DNA from: Octopus vulgaris
Lineage: Eukaryota
Direction of reading: 5' to 3'
Length of the DNA: 64,000 nucleotides
NCBI GenBank assembly: GCA_951406725.2
Contig: OX597815.1
Span: forward strand, 195,610,001 to 195,674,000
Shown: positions 25,407 through 38,672 of the stretch, in pieces
Numbering within the stretch: position 1 is the stretch's first letter
How the letters are laid out: every line of letters begins with the position of its first letter
Position numbers and translations under genes: made by a program
Notes under the pieces: generated by a model
Seen by the model: only the letters and a program-made list of their open reading frames with translations
What the model was told of the DNA's origin: nothing
Database searches by the model: none

Positions 25407-25903
25407 CAATTAAGGGTAAAACTAATTAATTACGAAGTAATCAATAAATTTCACCAAGTAGAATTCGGTGTGAAAACAGGACCGTTATACGGTAAATTCT
25501 AGTAAAACTAATATTGAGGGGTCAGCAAAAGAAATGCATCACCGCATACCGAAGTTCAGAAATAGCAACCAAAATCTAAGCCATTCCTTCTACTTAAAAA
25601 GGGTCTACCAGAGAAACCATAATACTTGAATCTTATTCATCCAGGCAGAGGGTAACGTAACGAAAATCAATCAATATCCGATTATCCATAGACGCGCGTT
25701 TCGGAATCAGGATTTAAGTAAAGAATATCAAAAAATATAAACTTTACTAACCACATTCCTCTTCAGTATGGATTTTCTGCAATAATTCGAAGGTACTAAA
25801 ACATTAGAATGAATCCTTCAATATAAACGGTCTCCAATGCTATTACCGCCAGATTCAAAACAAGAATGAAAGTCGCTTAGCCTCCCCTACCTTTCCACGT
25901 GCG

Positions 25904-25905
<2 letters not shown>
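25406..25905 (-). mobile_element. Penelope-like terminal (pLTR) remnant carrying a hammerhead
   Basis: Island within (TA)n; shares its end (caattragggtaaaa..aattaatta...tttcaccaagt) with 25204-25364 and contains a hammerhead motif. Confidence 0.6.
25684..25773 (-). ncRNA. Type I hammerhead ribozyme (predicted)
   Basis: Minus strand: AUCCAUA-CUGAAGA-GGAAU...AUUCC-GAAA-CGCGCG-UC-UAUGGAU. Intact core, 7-bp stem I, GUC cleavage triplet. Confidence 0.82.
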
Positions 25906-25983
<78 letters not shown>

Positions 25984-25986
<3 letters not shown>

Positions 25987-26225
25987 GGTATCACAAAATT
26001 GAGGAACCAAAGGTCCGAGTGCTGGAATGCAATGGTAAAGGAAACACAATTATGACACTAAGACATTTATTCGATATGACTACTTCTGTTTCGAATCACA
26101 GCCTCAGTCTAGGTGCGAATGCTTCACACGCAGCACGTCGCTGTTCTTGAGGAATCGAAACCCATTTCTGGTGCAGTTTTTCATTCAGAGCGAAGAGTTA
26201 AGCATGGGGATTGCTCGAGACCCGC
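25984..26225 (-). mobile_element. Tc1-superfamily 3' end remnant with CAGGGT TIR
   Basis: TA|CAGGGT end; minus-strand KWVSIPQEQRRAACEAFAPRLR resembles a transposase C-terminus. Confidence 0.7.
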
Positions 26226-26227
26226 GT

Positions 26228-26715
26228 GGACAATAAGTCAAGGTAAAAAACGCTAAAGTAATTATATCTTAAAAAAATCATTTTAATACCTGTTTCAGTC
26301 ATTGAGAATTTTTCAATTGTAAGTGTGGAAGACAATTAAATTTTGGAAAAATTAAATGAAAAGTTCTTTTTTTAAAGAATATTTGCATAGTATTCACACA
26401 CAAGGGGTATTTCCCTTGTTTCTGCCTGTCTCTGTCTCGCGTGTTTACTCTTGTAGGTACGAGGTCGTTGTGAATTCTAGGTAGGGAAGAAGAAGAAGAA
26501 GAAGAAGAAGAAGAAGAAGAAGAAGAAGAAGAAGAAGAAGAAGAAGAAGAAGAAGAAGAAGAATGCGAGAGTGGTACGATAGTAGTAGGATGTTAAATGG
26601 TCAAGCCCTGAAAGTGATTGTTGTGGACGGTAGTAGTGATTGAATTTTTGAGATATCTATTTCGAATGCATTGTTTTTAATATTTACGTGTGTTATTCTA
26701 ACCATCATTATTAGT
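26228..26715 (-). mobile_element. Interspersed repeat with internal (GAA)n, same family as 41838-42670 (probable PLE end)
   Basis: Shared aagaatatttgcatag...gaggtcgttgtgaattct..gtagggaagaagaag. Confidence 0.7.
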
Positions 26716-26794
26716 AAAGCAATGTGGCTGTCCCGAAAGGGAACAATAACAGCAACTTCGCCCCTTTCAAAAGACAGCCACGTTATGTTGCAAA

Positions 26795-26862
<68 letters not shown>

Positions 26863-26940
26863 TATATATATTTATATATATATATATATATGATTGATTG
26901 ATTCTAGTTTCAGCTCATGAGCTGTGGCCATGCTGGGGCA

Positions 26941-26981
<41 letters not shown>

Positions 26982-26988
<7 letters not shown>

Positions 26989-27095
26989 ATCACGTGACCG
27001 ACCAGACCATCAGATGTTGTTACACATCGCTGGTCACAATGCGTTCGCATTGCTTTAGCCTTCGAATTACGCCACCCCGCTGGCTAAGCGAGCAG

Positions 27096-27099
<4 letters not shown>
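26982..27099 (-). mobile_element. SINE family B 3' tail fragment in (TA)n
   Basis: tcacgtgatcacgtgaccgaccagaccatcag...gcgagcaggcca. Confidence 0.85.
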
Positions 27100-27162
<63 letters not shown>

Positions 27163-27500
27163 GTATGTATGTATATAAATATATGCGGATACATAGATAT
27201 TTTATTCCCGCCGGCTTGCAGACATCGAAACAACACAAAGCAAAAAATCTATATATGAACACAGTGACATAAGTTTCCGATGAAACGTTGATAAATTTCA
27301 TAAAAGATGCAAGGTCATTGCACATTGACATCCTGAGCCGGTTCATAGCAATCCAGGCCATAAATCTAGAGATCAGAACAGTCTTCTTCGTGACTATGGG
27401 AAGTGATCGTCTATATCAAAGTAAAACTCTTCATCCTCCCATTCCTCCACCGCCTCCTCACTACTACTACTACTACTACTACTACTAGAACTACTAATAT

Positions 27501-27535
<35 letters not shown>

Positions 27536-27647
27536 GAACTACAAATATTACTACTGCAGCTGCCACTACCACTACTAACACCAATGTTTCTGGTACATGC
27601 AAATCACCCCCACACGCACACACACACATATATACATATATATATAT

Positions 27648-27980
27648 GAAGCGCATGGCTCAGTGGTTAGAACGTAGAGCTTACGATCGTGTGTTTGTGA
27701 GTTCGATTCCTGGACTGGGCTGTGTGTTGCGTTCTTCAGCAAGACACTATTTCACGTTGCTCGAGTTCACTCAGCTGTAGAAATGAGTTGCGGCACCACT
27801 GATGCCAAGCTGTATCGGCCCCTTTGCCTTTCCGTTGGATAACGTCAGTTGTGTGGAGAAGGGAGGGTGGTATGTATGGGCGACTGCTAGCCTTCCACAA
27901 ACAATCTTGCCCAGACTTGTGCCTCGGGGGGTAACATTCTAAGTGCAATCCCATGGTCATTCATGACCGAAGGGTGTCTC
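27648..27980 (+). mobile_element. SINE with family C head and a different tail
   Basis: tggctcagtggttag / gagttcgattcct head and C-type body, then an unrelated tail ending catggtcattcatgacc. Confidence 0.8.
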
Positions 27981-27991
27981 CTCCTCCTCCT

Positions 27992-28044
<53 letters not shown>

Positions 28045-28386
28045 GTGTGTATCGGAGTGACGAAGGGGGCTTAACAATTTTGTAGAGGTTGCAGTGTAAC
28101 AATTGATGAAGAATTCCAGTGGTTACTTAATTAGAGAAGTGACTCTGCATGCCTGTAAATATCAATTAAATTTTAATAAACTAATAATATTCAAGTGATT
28201 TTAATTACAATTCTTTTTTGTCTTTGTCCAATCAAATCATGATTTGGTCTCAACACTAACGCATTTCTCTTTCATTCCGATCCTTTCAAATTTTACTGTT
28301 TCTCGAGATATATTTATGTTAAAAGTGTACCAAACATTGAAATAAAACCTAATCCAATTCTATTTCTATTCTACATATGTAACAGC

Positions 28387-28743
28387 GCGGAGGCGCAATG
28401 GCCCAGTGGTTAAGGCAGCTGATTCGCGATCGTAGAATCGTGGTTTCGATTCCCAGATCGAGCATTGTGAGTGTTTATTGTGCGAAATCATCTGAGGCTC
28501 CTGCTGAGGTTGGTGGCGCCCTGCTGTACAATTTCACCACAACTTTCGCTCACTCTTTCTTTCTGTTTCTCGTGTACCTGTATTTTCAAAGGGCCAGCCT
28601 TGTCACACTCTGTGTCACGCTGAATCTTCCCGAGAACTACGTTAACGGTACACGTACCTGTGGAGTGCTCAGCCGCTTGCACGGTAATTTCACGAGCGGG
28701 ATGTTCCGTTAGTCGGTTCATCTGGAACCCTCGTCGTCGTAAC
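28387..28743 (+). mobile_element. SINE with family B head and a third tail type
   Basis: ggaggcgcaatggcccagtggttaagg head; the tail differs from 6063 and 21020. Confidence 0.8.
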
Positions 28744-28864
28744 ATAGTCTTTTTTTTTTTTATCTTAAATTGGTATAGAGTTCCTGAAGTTGAAAAAAAT
28801 AACAAATACGTAACATATTGAGTGTTTACGCTTAGTCAGCTTTTAATTTCATCTACCCGATAAA

Positions 28865-29150
28865 GGCGGCAAGATAGCAGAATCATTAGCATGCCGGGCG
28901 AAATGGTTAGCTAACGCTCTGAGTTCAAATTCTGTCGAGGTCGACTTGCTTTCGAGAATGAAACCATTTCACTACCTACGACACCCTTCTATTTAAATTA
29001 ATTTTCCCACAGACCACATACTTTTTAAAAGATGTCTACTAATTTTATTAATTTAGTAGTGAAATGGTTTCGATAAATTAAGTATCAGTTGCGTACTGGA
29101 ATCATTCCTGCTGCCGAAATTTGAGGCATTGTGCCTAGAGTAGAATAGAA
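28865..29150 (+). mobile_element. Old SINE family A interrupted by a MITE (28960-29071)
   Basis: Family A head; 16-bp inverted ends gaaaccatttcactac / gtagtgaaatggtttc. Confidence 0.7.
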
Positions 29151-30319
29151 TTTCATCTTTCCAATATAATATCCAACTAGTTAAGTATAAGTGTGAGTAT
29201 AAGTCGTAACTATTTCATTTAAACAGCAAGTAACCCAGACTAATATTTCAGGCTCGATCGAACACATTTCAGAATGCATAGTGTGAACGATGCCAGTTCC
29301 AACACTCTCGTGTCCGCCTGAATTGTATGTCTTGTCATAGGAAATAATATTTTATCAGTTTCACACAACTGATTTTCAACCTGAAATCTCTGCCGGCAGC
29401 CGAATCGTTGTGATCAATATATAGACCGATTTACTACGCATCTTTTAATGAACGGCATTTGAGAAAGATTTATCAATGTTATCCAATTCAAGGGTGGGAA
29501 ATGATTGTCTGCAATGCTTATGGACTATAACGACGTAAATCATGAGATAATATTGGAAATAAAGGACACGTTTTGTACGAATATCTATAATATATATAAC
29601 ATAAAATGTAAATTGCGCAGCAAAGTATAAAGACGTTTTCTTTTCTTTTTTGTTTTTGATTCTGATGAATTAAATATCAAACATGTTCCGTTTTATCTTC
29701 TAATACACCAGAGAGTAATTAGACGAAAATTATGCATCTCTTTCTATTTGGAGGAAACAGAGAGTGGCCTTCTTTTGGTTCAATATATAGCCGTGGAATG
29801 TAACTTGGAAAAATTAGTTATAAGTAGTTAATATTTGAAACCTAAACTCTTCTGCGCACATAAGAAAAGATCCATAAATTTGCAGTGCATATCTTAAATT
29901 TTCATTACTGTCCAGGACATCTACAATATTTCGAAAACGACTGTAGGGAATAAATATTAAATTTCAGTCCTCACCAACGGAGAAGAAAACTTTAGGTATT
30001 ATAACACATTTACATTTCTGTGCATATGTATCTCTCACGAAGTCAAACAGAATGTATAAGTATAAGTGATGAATATGTTTTATTCAAATGGTGGTGGTTT
30101 TGAGCTGTATAATACGAAGGAAAGGGGATAAAAACGAATAATAAAGCTGATCGTACATGACGTTCTTATAATCTCTATAGGTTTGATGAAGGGGTGCTTA
30201 GTGTTTCGCTCTATAAATGGTAGGGAGAAGTTCACTCATGCAGTTTTAAAATATCACGCCTTTTACGCCATTGTCCTAATTTCCAGAAAAGTATTCTTAT
30301 ACTTAGAAAAGATTCAATT

Positions 30320-30586
30320 TCCCATGAGTTATCGCCTTCAGGGTTGGCGAAAGCGATGTGGTGGACAACGAAAAACCTGGCTGATGACAGTCAAGGCTGA
30401 TCTGGAACCCAGCCTAGGCCTCCATGTCTACGGCGTACGCCGCTGGAATAGGGAGTGGTTGGAGATCACGCGGTCGTTAGCCTCAAATCGCCAGACCTGG
30501 TTGGCGTTTGTGAGAGTGCAGCATTGAGAATGAATGAAGCCAACTCAACCCATCTCGGGTGAATACTGTCTCAAGACAAGACAAGA
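30320..30586 (+). mobile_element. RTE-clade LINE 3' end
   Basis: GWRKRCGGQRKTWLMTVKADLE...WLEITRSLASNRQTW and a (CAAGA)n tail. Confidence 0.85.
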
Positions 30587-31342
30587 AGGTTTATTATCAT
30601 TAGGTACAAGAATTTTCAAATACATTACAGATATTTTTCTAACGTAAGGTTATAGTAGTCAAATAGGATACGCAATTACTTTTAATCAACATGAAACTTA
30701 TTTATTCCATGGATATTCAAAGACTTTGAACTAAGACACCTAATTGAATGAAGTTAAAATGTCAGTGTATTACATGTACACAATAGAAATTTGCAGTTTT
30801 GCAGCCTCTATCATGAGAGTATGAGAGCATGATCATTACCTCATATTATATCACTCGAATGACATTAAGTTAGATGAGGAGTCCTTTGAGTTTATGCCTA
30901 TCAATTCCAATCTCATATTTCATACATAACCGTACTTAAAATTGCATTATATTTTCGTTTATTAAATATGTTTCGTTTATTCTTAATGCCATTCCATTCT
31001 TGAAGTGCCTTTTACATTTCAAATATATATTTCAACACTATTATACGTCGTTTAAAATTTGGCAACTCTTGGGCTCGTTTAAGTAATTCTTTATTAAACA
31101 TTGCAGAGAAGTAGCAAAGAGCGAAACACTCAATTCAAAGAATTCGTTAAAATACAGTTTCCTTTTATTCAATTAATAAATAAAATAAAAAGATGCTAGA
31201 ATTCTTCCTTAAAGGCATCATAAATTTATAATACTAGTGAAGCATATCATAATCTAAAAGGTGGATATACTTTCTCATCCGCATGCATGCAGACATATAG
31301 TACTTACCTATGTGTGTGCGTGCGTGTGTGCGTGCGGGTGTA

Positions 31343-32634
31343 CGAGGGGCGTTCAATAAGCAATGCCCCTGATCCACTTCCCATAGCAGTAGAGCAACGA
31401 AACTTGGCACAATTATTAGTCTTTTTCTACATAGGAACAACCCAGAGTTACGCATTTCTCCCATCGTTTGATGCAGCTCTGGAGACCGTTTTCGTAGAAG
31501 ACCCCAGCTTGGTCCGCCAACCACGACGTGGCTTCAGAAATCAAGGCTGCATCATCTGGGAAACGCTTTCCTTTCAAAAACAACTTCATGGCTTGGAAGA
31601 GGTGAAAATCAGAGGGTGCAAGGTCAGGAGAGTAGGGGGATGGGGGAAGAGTTCATAGCAGCACGCCTGTGCTTCTGATCTGGCGACACGCGAGTTGTGG
31701 ACCGGAGCGTTGTCCTGCAAGAGGAGGATGCCTTTGCTGATCTTGCCCCGCCTCTTGATTTTGATAGCTTCTCTTAATTTCCTCAAAAGTGAAGCATGAT
31801 AGGCTCCTGTAATTGTGGTACCCTTTGCCAGGAAATCGGTCATCACTACTCCGTCCTGGTCCCAGAAGACTGTGAGCATGACCTTGCTAGCGGAGGGCTG
31901 CACCCTTGCCTTCTTTGGAGGAGGTGAGTCATGGTGCTTCCACTGTATTGACTGGGCTTTGGTCTCTGGATCATAGTGATGGACCCAGGTTTCATCCTGT
32001 GTAATCAGTCTTTTGAAAAATTTTGACTCATCTTCTTGGCACATCCATAAATTCATCCTCGAACACTCGACGCGTTCTTGCTTCTGGAAAAGTGTGAGCA
32101 ACCTGGGAATCCATCTGGCAGACACCTTTTACATATGCAAATGGTCATGAATGATAGTTTCCACAGACCCGATACTAATCTTGACCTCATGGGCTATTTG
32201 GCGAATAGTTATGCGTCGATCTTTCAAAATGACAGCCTCAACTTGACGGACAGATGCCTCATCATTGGCAGAAAGGGTGCGACCAGATCTGGGAGCTGTT
32301 TCCACAGAGTTCCGACCATGTTTGAATTCACGATGCCAGCGTTTTACAAGGTCATATGATGGGGCATCATCACCATAAGTTACTTTCATTTCATCAAAAG
32401 TCTCCTGTGGTGTGCGTCATTTCAAATACAAAAACCGGATCACTGCTCGACATTCAACAGGCTCCATTTCCCACTTGACTCATTTCAAACACCTGTAAAT
32501 CCGAAACCACAATTAGTTCGGAGCTCTAATTTGCCACGTAATCTATAGAAATATAAATAATTGCACATGCAAAATTTCCGCTAGATCGAACAACGGCAAG
32601 TGGGTCAGAGGCATTACTTATTGAACGCCCCTCG
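31343..32634 (-). mobile_element. Full-length mariner (DD34D, irritans/Himar-like)
   Basis: TA TSD; TIRs cgaggggcgttcaataag.aatgcc.ctga; 1292 bp. Confidence 0.95.
31416..32467 (-). pseudogene. Mariner transposase with two stops and one frameshift
   Basis: MEPVECRAVIRFL..., WIPRLL, ITQDETWVHHYDPE, QDNAPVH and SPDLAPSDFHLF. Confidence 0.93.
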
Positions 32635-32725
32635 TATGTGTATGTGTGTCGATATGTATGTGTGCATAGGTGTGAATACATGTATATGCATATATGTATA
32701 TATTTGTGTGAGTGCGTGATGTGTG

Positions 32726-32763
<38 letters not shown>

Positions 32764-32861
32764 TTCTATAATTATAAGCATAATTATAATTATGGTTCAG
32801 CAAAATTGCTTCACCACATACCAAAATTTAGAAATAATAAATGTAGAAATATAAACGGTTC

Positions 32862-32905
<44 letters not shown>

Positions 32906-33149
32906 TGCATAACCGTTTATATTTCTGCACTTATTATATCAAACACTCTCTTTTCTATATTACTAGCTTTGTCCTCCCTTCTATATATCTATAGTACTGT
33001 AATTCAAATGTAAACTTTATATTATTAGATCTTGTGCCTGAAGAATTTCTAATTGATGTCTTATATATTTCGGTTACGTCTGCAATTCAGTAAATCCTAT
33101 AAAGAAAGGAAAATGTTTCATGGTGAATATCTAATACTGTGTTGTAAAG

Positions 33150-33330
33150 ACACAACTCCTGAAATTTTGGTGGACGGTACTATTCGATTACATCGGCCCC
33201 TGTGCTCGACTAGTACTTACTGTATTCGCTCCGAAAGGATGAATGCCAAAGTCAACCTCGGCGGAATGTAAAGACGGACGAAATGCTGCCAAGCATTTTG
33301 CCAGGTTTACTGGAGATTCTGTCAGCATTT
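33150..33330 (-). mobile_element. Old SINE family A
   Basis: ccgaaaggatgaatgccaaagtcaacctcggcggaat. Confidence 0.75.
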
Positions 33331-33699
33331 AGCAATGGTGAATAAATAGTGCCAAACGTTTTCTGAAGTCTCCTGTTTTAATAGACACTCGCGTGCACAC
33401 ATTACGGCACACACACGCACACACAAACACACACACAAACACAAACACGCACACATATATATTACATAATTTAAGCAGTTCAGCCAGAGGCCGAGGCCTG
33501 GCTGAGGCACTGCCTTTCAATGTGATTGAGTTTCGTTTTTGCATTGCTTTGAAAGGAGCTATTCTTCGTGTCTCCTTCCGCATTGTGGATTCATGTTGTA
33601 TTTCATATAGAAATTAGTTCAGACGTTGTTTACACTAGAAATTCAAGCCGTTAATTGTATTGGGGCTTTAAGCCAATTTTGCTGGAGTATCTTCTATTT

Positions 33700-34060
33700 G
33701 AAATAACGTCAAGTTTGCCTTGTAGAAATGCAGACCGGATAATAATATTTGTGTGCCGTGTATGTGGAACGCATATTTAATTAGTTTTGGACCAATCATT
33801 GTTAGGTCTATTCCGTGGTTTGAGAAAATTATCGTTGATATCTTCTCATTATGGATAACTTTCACATTCTTGGTGAATCATGGGGACTCAAATTTAATTC
33901 TTGCTGGTTGAGGAGAATATTGTTTGCTTCATGAATATCATTTTCGTGAGAGCAGCCAAGGATTCTATTTGCTTTCGCTCTTTGTGTCATTCTCGGGATT
34001 ATGTTTCATTTTCTCCATTTAAGATTGTGATAATTGAAGTCACCTTTGAGATATAAATCA
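33700..34060 (-). mobile_element. Possible highly degraded CR1-type RT C-terminal remnant
   Basis: Only the minus-strand motif KAKANRILG supports this. Confidence 0.35.
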
Positions 34061-35144
34061 ATGCATTGATCTAACAAAGCTAGTACTACTTTATTGTAGC
34101 ACTAGTTTTCTTTACTCTTACTATCCTGATTTTCAGCATTAGATGGGCGATATAATGTCTACATAACCACATCGAGTTGCTTTCAATGGACCATGAGTGT
34201 TTAACAGACTCACGTCTGACTACTCTTCCCTCTGTACAGAATAAAACATCACTTACGTCTGCAGTGAGGAGTGTCGCAGTATGTCCAGTGAATATATAGT
34301 GTTCATATTCACTCAATATATTTCAAAGCACCTGAATACTCCACACCATACATAGGTGCATTCATATACACAATATATAATATGAAAAATTATAATTATA
34401 TAAATATATAAATACATAAATATACTTGCGAGTTTGTATGTCCGTATTAAAATCAATGAGGATAATAAAATATGCGGATGGCGAATTTATAGCTCTAATC
34501 CAAATAGATTCGACAGTTGGTATAAAATGATTTTCAAAGTAAACTTGAGCTGGTGCAATGTTTAACGGCCGTTTCAAGAAGATATAGGTTGGTATGGGCG
34601 AGTTAATTCCAACCATAACAAACAAATATTTCTCTCATCAAAGTTAATCAAAAGGATTTATAAAATAGTTTTTTATGTCTTCAAATTTTAAGCAACATGA
34701 GAAAATCAAGAATTTTCAAAAATCGAATGCTGTTCAGTTGGAATGTACTGTTCAGTTAGACGATATAAGAAGAGTTAAAATTACATGTTTAAATAGATTA
34801 TGAAGCCATAGATAATATTGGTTTAAGATGAATCCAAATACACAACGGTTAAGATCATATGAATTAATTTTGGAAAAACATTTAAAAGTTTATAAATATT
34901 TATGTCTACAAAGAATAATGATACCCGAGATCTTGTTAAGTAAAAGTTTTTGTCAACACAGAGCATATAGTTTGATTCTTTATGCCTAATTTACAGTTTC
35001 TGGTGAGTGTATATTTTGGTTTGGTTTCCGTTAAAATAAACCAATCTAGATTGATATATATTCCCGAAGCTCTATTAGAGCGCTAATTATTTGTGTAGTA
35101 TAAGGGGATAATTATCCCGTTTATTTCTTCATTTTATATAATAC

Positions 35145-35294
<150 letters not shown>

Positions 35295-35901
35295 TTATTA
35301 GTATTAGTATTATTATAATATACAGCAACATGAATAATATTGAGACTAAAGTATTGGAAATAATCTTAATTTAATGGGATGTTTAGAAATTGTCAAGTGG
35401 ATATATAATTATAAACGCCATGATGATGATTTTAGCGCTACAAGGAAAAACAAATTCTAAATTTCAAGTTCAAAGCACTCTTATACATTCTAATAGGTTT
35501 CTAAATGCAAGCCGTCGCGTATTGTATAACTGTTAACCCGTATATGTAAACGAGGAAGGACATTTTGGATTTATCCGTATATTAAGAAACAAAAATATAG
35601 CAGTACGTCAAATGTATAAATACACATTAAAAATAAGAAAAAGAAATATTGAGATAATTATATTTTATAGTGAAGAGAAAACTAAAAGCTTAAAGGGGAA
35701 AGTATAAAATGAAAATTTGAAATACAAAAATTATGAAGATATGAATATGATGTATGTGAAAGAAAAGTAGCTTAATATACTGTAAGGAAAATCTATTTGA
35801 ATCAGTATATATTCCAACGAAATTTTATAGAAGTATCAATAAGCCCTTTAGATTTATTTTTTAATTAATTAATACAAAAATTATAAAATAATAAAACATA
35901 T

Positions 35902-35996
<95 letters not shown>

Positions 35997-36453
35997 AAAT
36001 GAGAAATAAAGAGAAAGTGTGAAAACAAAGAAAAGAAATTTCAGATAAAATCTTAAATTAAGATAAGGAGATAAAAATAATATTGTATCTTATTCATTAG
36101 ATAAGTAAGGTATGTCAGGAAGAAATCTAGTTTAAAGCGAAGTTAAACAAAATAAAATTAAAAGTAAAGACATTTTATTTAATGAAGCTAAGTGAAGTTG
36201 TGAATATAAGTTGAACAAACATAACTTTAAATAGATTACGCTTAATGAGAAATTGATATTCAGCAAATTTAATGAAACGCTATAAGTAAATAGAGTATGT
36301 GAAAGCAAGTAGACTTAATGAAAGTTCTGACTGCATTATAAAAGAAAAGCTCCTGAGTGTATACGCTAAAAGAGACTTGGAAGTATAAAAGAAAGCTTAA
36401 ACTTAGAAGTGACTGTTTCTTATTAGAGAAACAATAATATACAGAAAATTTTA

Positions 36454-36650
36454 AGGCAACGAGCTGGGAAAATCGTTAGCACGCAGTATTTCGTCTGTCT
36501 TTACGCACTGAGTTCAAATTCCGTCGAGGTCGACATTGCCTTTCATCTTTTGGGGTTGCTAAATGAAGTACCAGTTGCATGCTGCGGTCGATCTAAACGA
36601 CCTGTCCTCTCCCACAAAATTTCGGGCCTTGTGCCTAGAGTAGAATAGAA
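36454..36650 (+). mobile_element. Old SINE family A
   Basis: gagttcaaattccgtcgaggtcgacattgcctttcatc. Confidence 0.8.
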
Positions 36651-36732
36651 TATACGGACAATTTTGTGTGAATATTTGTGAGAGCCTCTGTATATGCATA
36701 TATATATTTATATATATACGTCTGTCTGCCTG

Positions 36733-36821
<89 letters not shown>

Positions 36822-36822
<1 letters not shown>

Positions 36823-37668
36823 AATTCGGGGTGAGTACTTGATAATTATAAGCACCTGTGTATACCGTTTGGTGGTGTAGGTGGTGGAGTAAATTGATCA
36901 AAATAAAAATAAAAACATGAGGCAAAGGATTCAGCGGTACATATGTTTCGGGCCTTTATTAGACAGATTTATAACAAAGCATAATGTGTGTCTGTGGCCT
37001 TCTTCAGCCGCGCACAACAGCTTCCACAAGGACATGTGTTACATCAAAAATTCTTGGTTGGGGATGCAAATCCTCTCGTTCACGTACGACATAATGCGGC
37101 AGCAGCATAGAATTGAAGCGTCCATCTCTTTCTTCTCTCAATGTAGAATGAGGAAACTTGGATGTTGAGGTAATGTAAATAAATAAATACGTATATAGAG
37201 GTGAAGATGGAGGGGCGAGAGTTCGGGACGAGGGATAAAAAATATGTATAAAAAATGTACGTATAGAATAATATAAAAATGTAGAGGATAAAGATATAAA
37301 GAGTTGTAAGGAGATGTAAAGGGGGTATAAAGAAATATAAAGAAATATAAATAAATGTAAAGGCATAAGGTTGTAAAGTAAAAATAGAAATGGAAATAAT
37401 AGTAAAAGAAGTAAAAGAACCTGATAAAAACATGATAAAAGTGTAAAAGAATGTAAAGATAAGGGATGTATAGAGGTCGCGGACCAAGCATGGTGGTCAG
37501 GAGATTGATAAAACTTAGTTGTAGAACTGTCAGTAAATTAACAGTTTCGTCGTAAATCAGAGCTGATGAGAATTTAATCTGGTTCCTTGAATTAAATGGA
37601 CTTCCAGTACATACATATCATCATGGATACATACACCCACATACACGCGTACATATACGTCTCCAAGC
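36822..37668 (-). mobile_element. Penelope-like 3' remnant with a hammerhead
   Basis: Between (TATC)n/(TA)n tracts. Minus-strand YVLEVHLIQGTRLNSHQL* resembles the PLE endonuclease C-terminal LE..I....LN, followed by a pyrimidine-rich UTR and a hammerhead. Confidence 0.6.
36934..37011 (-). ncRNA. Type I hammerhead ribozyme (predicted)
   Basis: Minus strand: GCGG-CUGAAGA-AGGCC...GGCCC-GAAA-CAUAUG-UA-CCGC. Palindromic stem III, GUA cleavage triplet. Confidence 0.8.
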
Positions 37669-37697
37669 CTATATATATATATATATATATATATATA

Positions 37698-37875
37698 CGA
37701 AGGGTTACTGGCTATAAGGGTATCGCAAAGACCTTGTTGGATATCCAACATTCAGAGTTCTACGCGACTTAGAAAAACTGAAGGACTGCTGCAATAATTG
37801 TGTGAATCTGAGAGGGGAAAATGTTGAATAAAATCATAATTAATTCATAATCCTATATTTTCTTTTACTCAATGT
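37698..37875 (+). mobile_element. Internally deleted mariner remnant
   Basis: TA|CGAAGGG start; LEKLKDCCNNCVNLRGENVE* resembles a mariner C-terminus. Confidence 0.55.
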
Positions 37876-38280
37876 CATGTATAGGTGAAAAGTGAAAAAG
37901 AAAATGTACACTAGGTACGAATGTAATGGGTTTTTAAAAAACAAATATATACACAAAGAAATGAGTTGAAGTTGTATTAAGATGTATAAAGATGATTATA
38001 AAAAGCCATAGCGGTTTCGCTAAAGGTCGTCACTAACTGTGAATCAACACCGATTGTCTAGCGGTGTTGGGTATGAACATATATCTTGGGGAAAATAAAA
38101 ACTGGATGCAAGGGAAGTAAACAATTCTGAAAGGGAACTAATTAGTGAAGTTACGATTACTAAAATTTAAAGGAGTTTGAGAGATATACGAGGATCATGT
38201 TTGATGATTTTGTTTGATTTTTCTTTAATTCCTGTTACACACACACACACACATATACGCACGCACACACATATATTATA

Positions 38281-38672
38281 GGCACAAGCGTGGAAGTGTG
38301 GTAAGAAACTTGCTCCTCAACCACATGGTTCCGGGTTCAGTTCCGATATGTGGCACCTTGGGCAAGTGTTTTCTACTATAACCACTAGCCGGTCAAACCC
38401 TTGTGAATGGATTTGGTAGAGGGAAACTGAAATAAGCCCGTCGTATATATATGTATATATTTATGTGTATGTGTTTGTGTCTGCATTCGTCCCCCATCAC
38501 CTGAAAACCGATGTTGGTGTTTTTACGTCCCCGTAAATTAGCAATTAGACCTGATAGAATAAGCACCAGACTTACAAAGAATAAGTTCAAGGTTCGATTT
38601 CTTCGACTACAAGGTGGCGCTAGAGCAAGGCGCCGGTCAGTTGACTGAAACAAGTAAAAGAACAGAAGAATA
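38281..38672 (+). mobile_element. SINE family D
   Basis: tRNA-like head gtggtaag...ccgggttcagttcc and tail gactgaaacaagtaaaag; homologous to 46306 and 61610. Confidence 0.85.
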
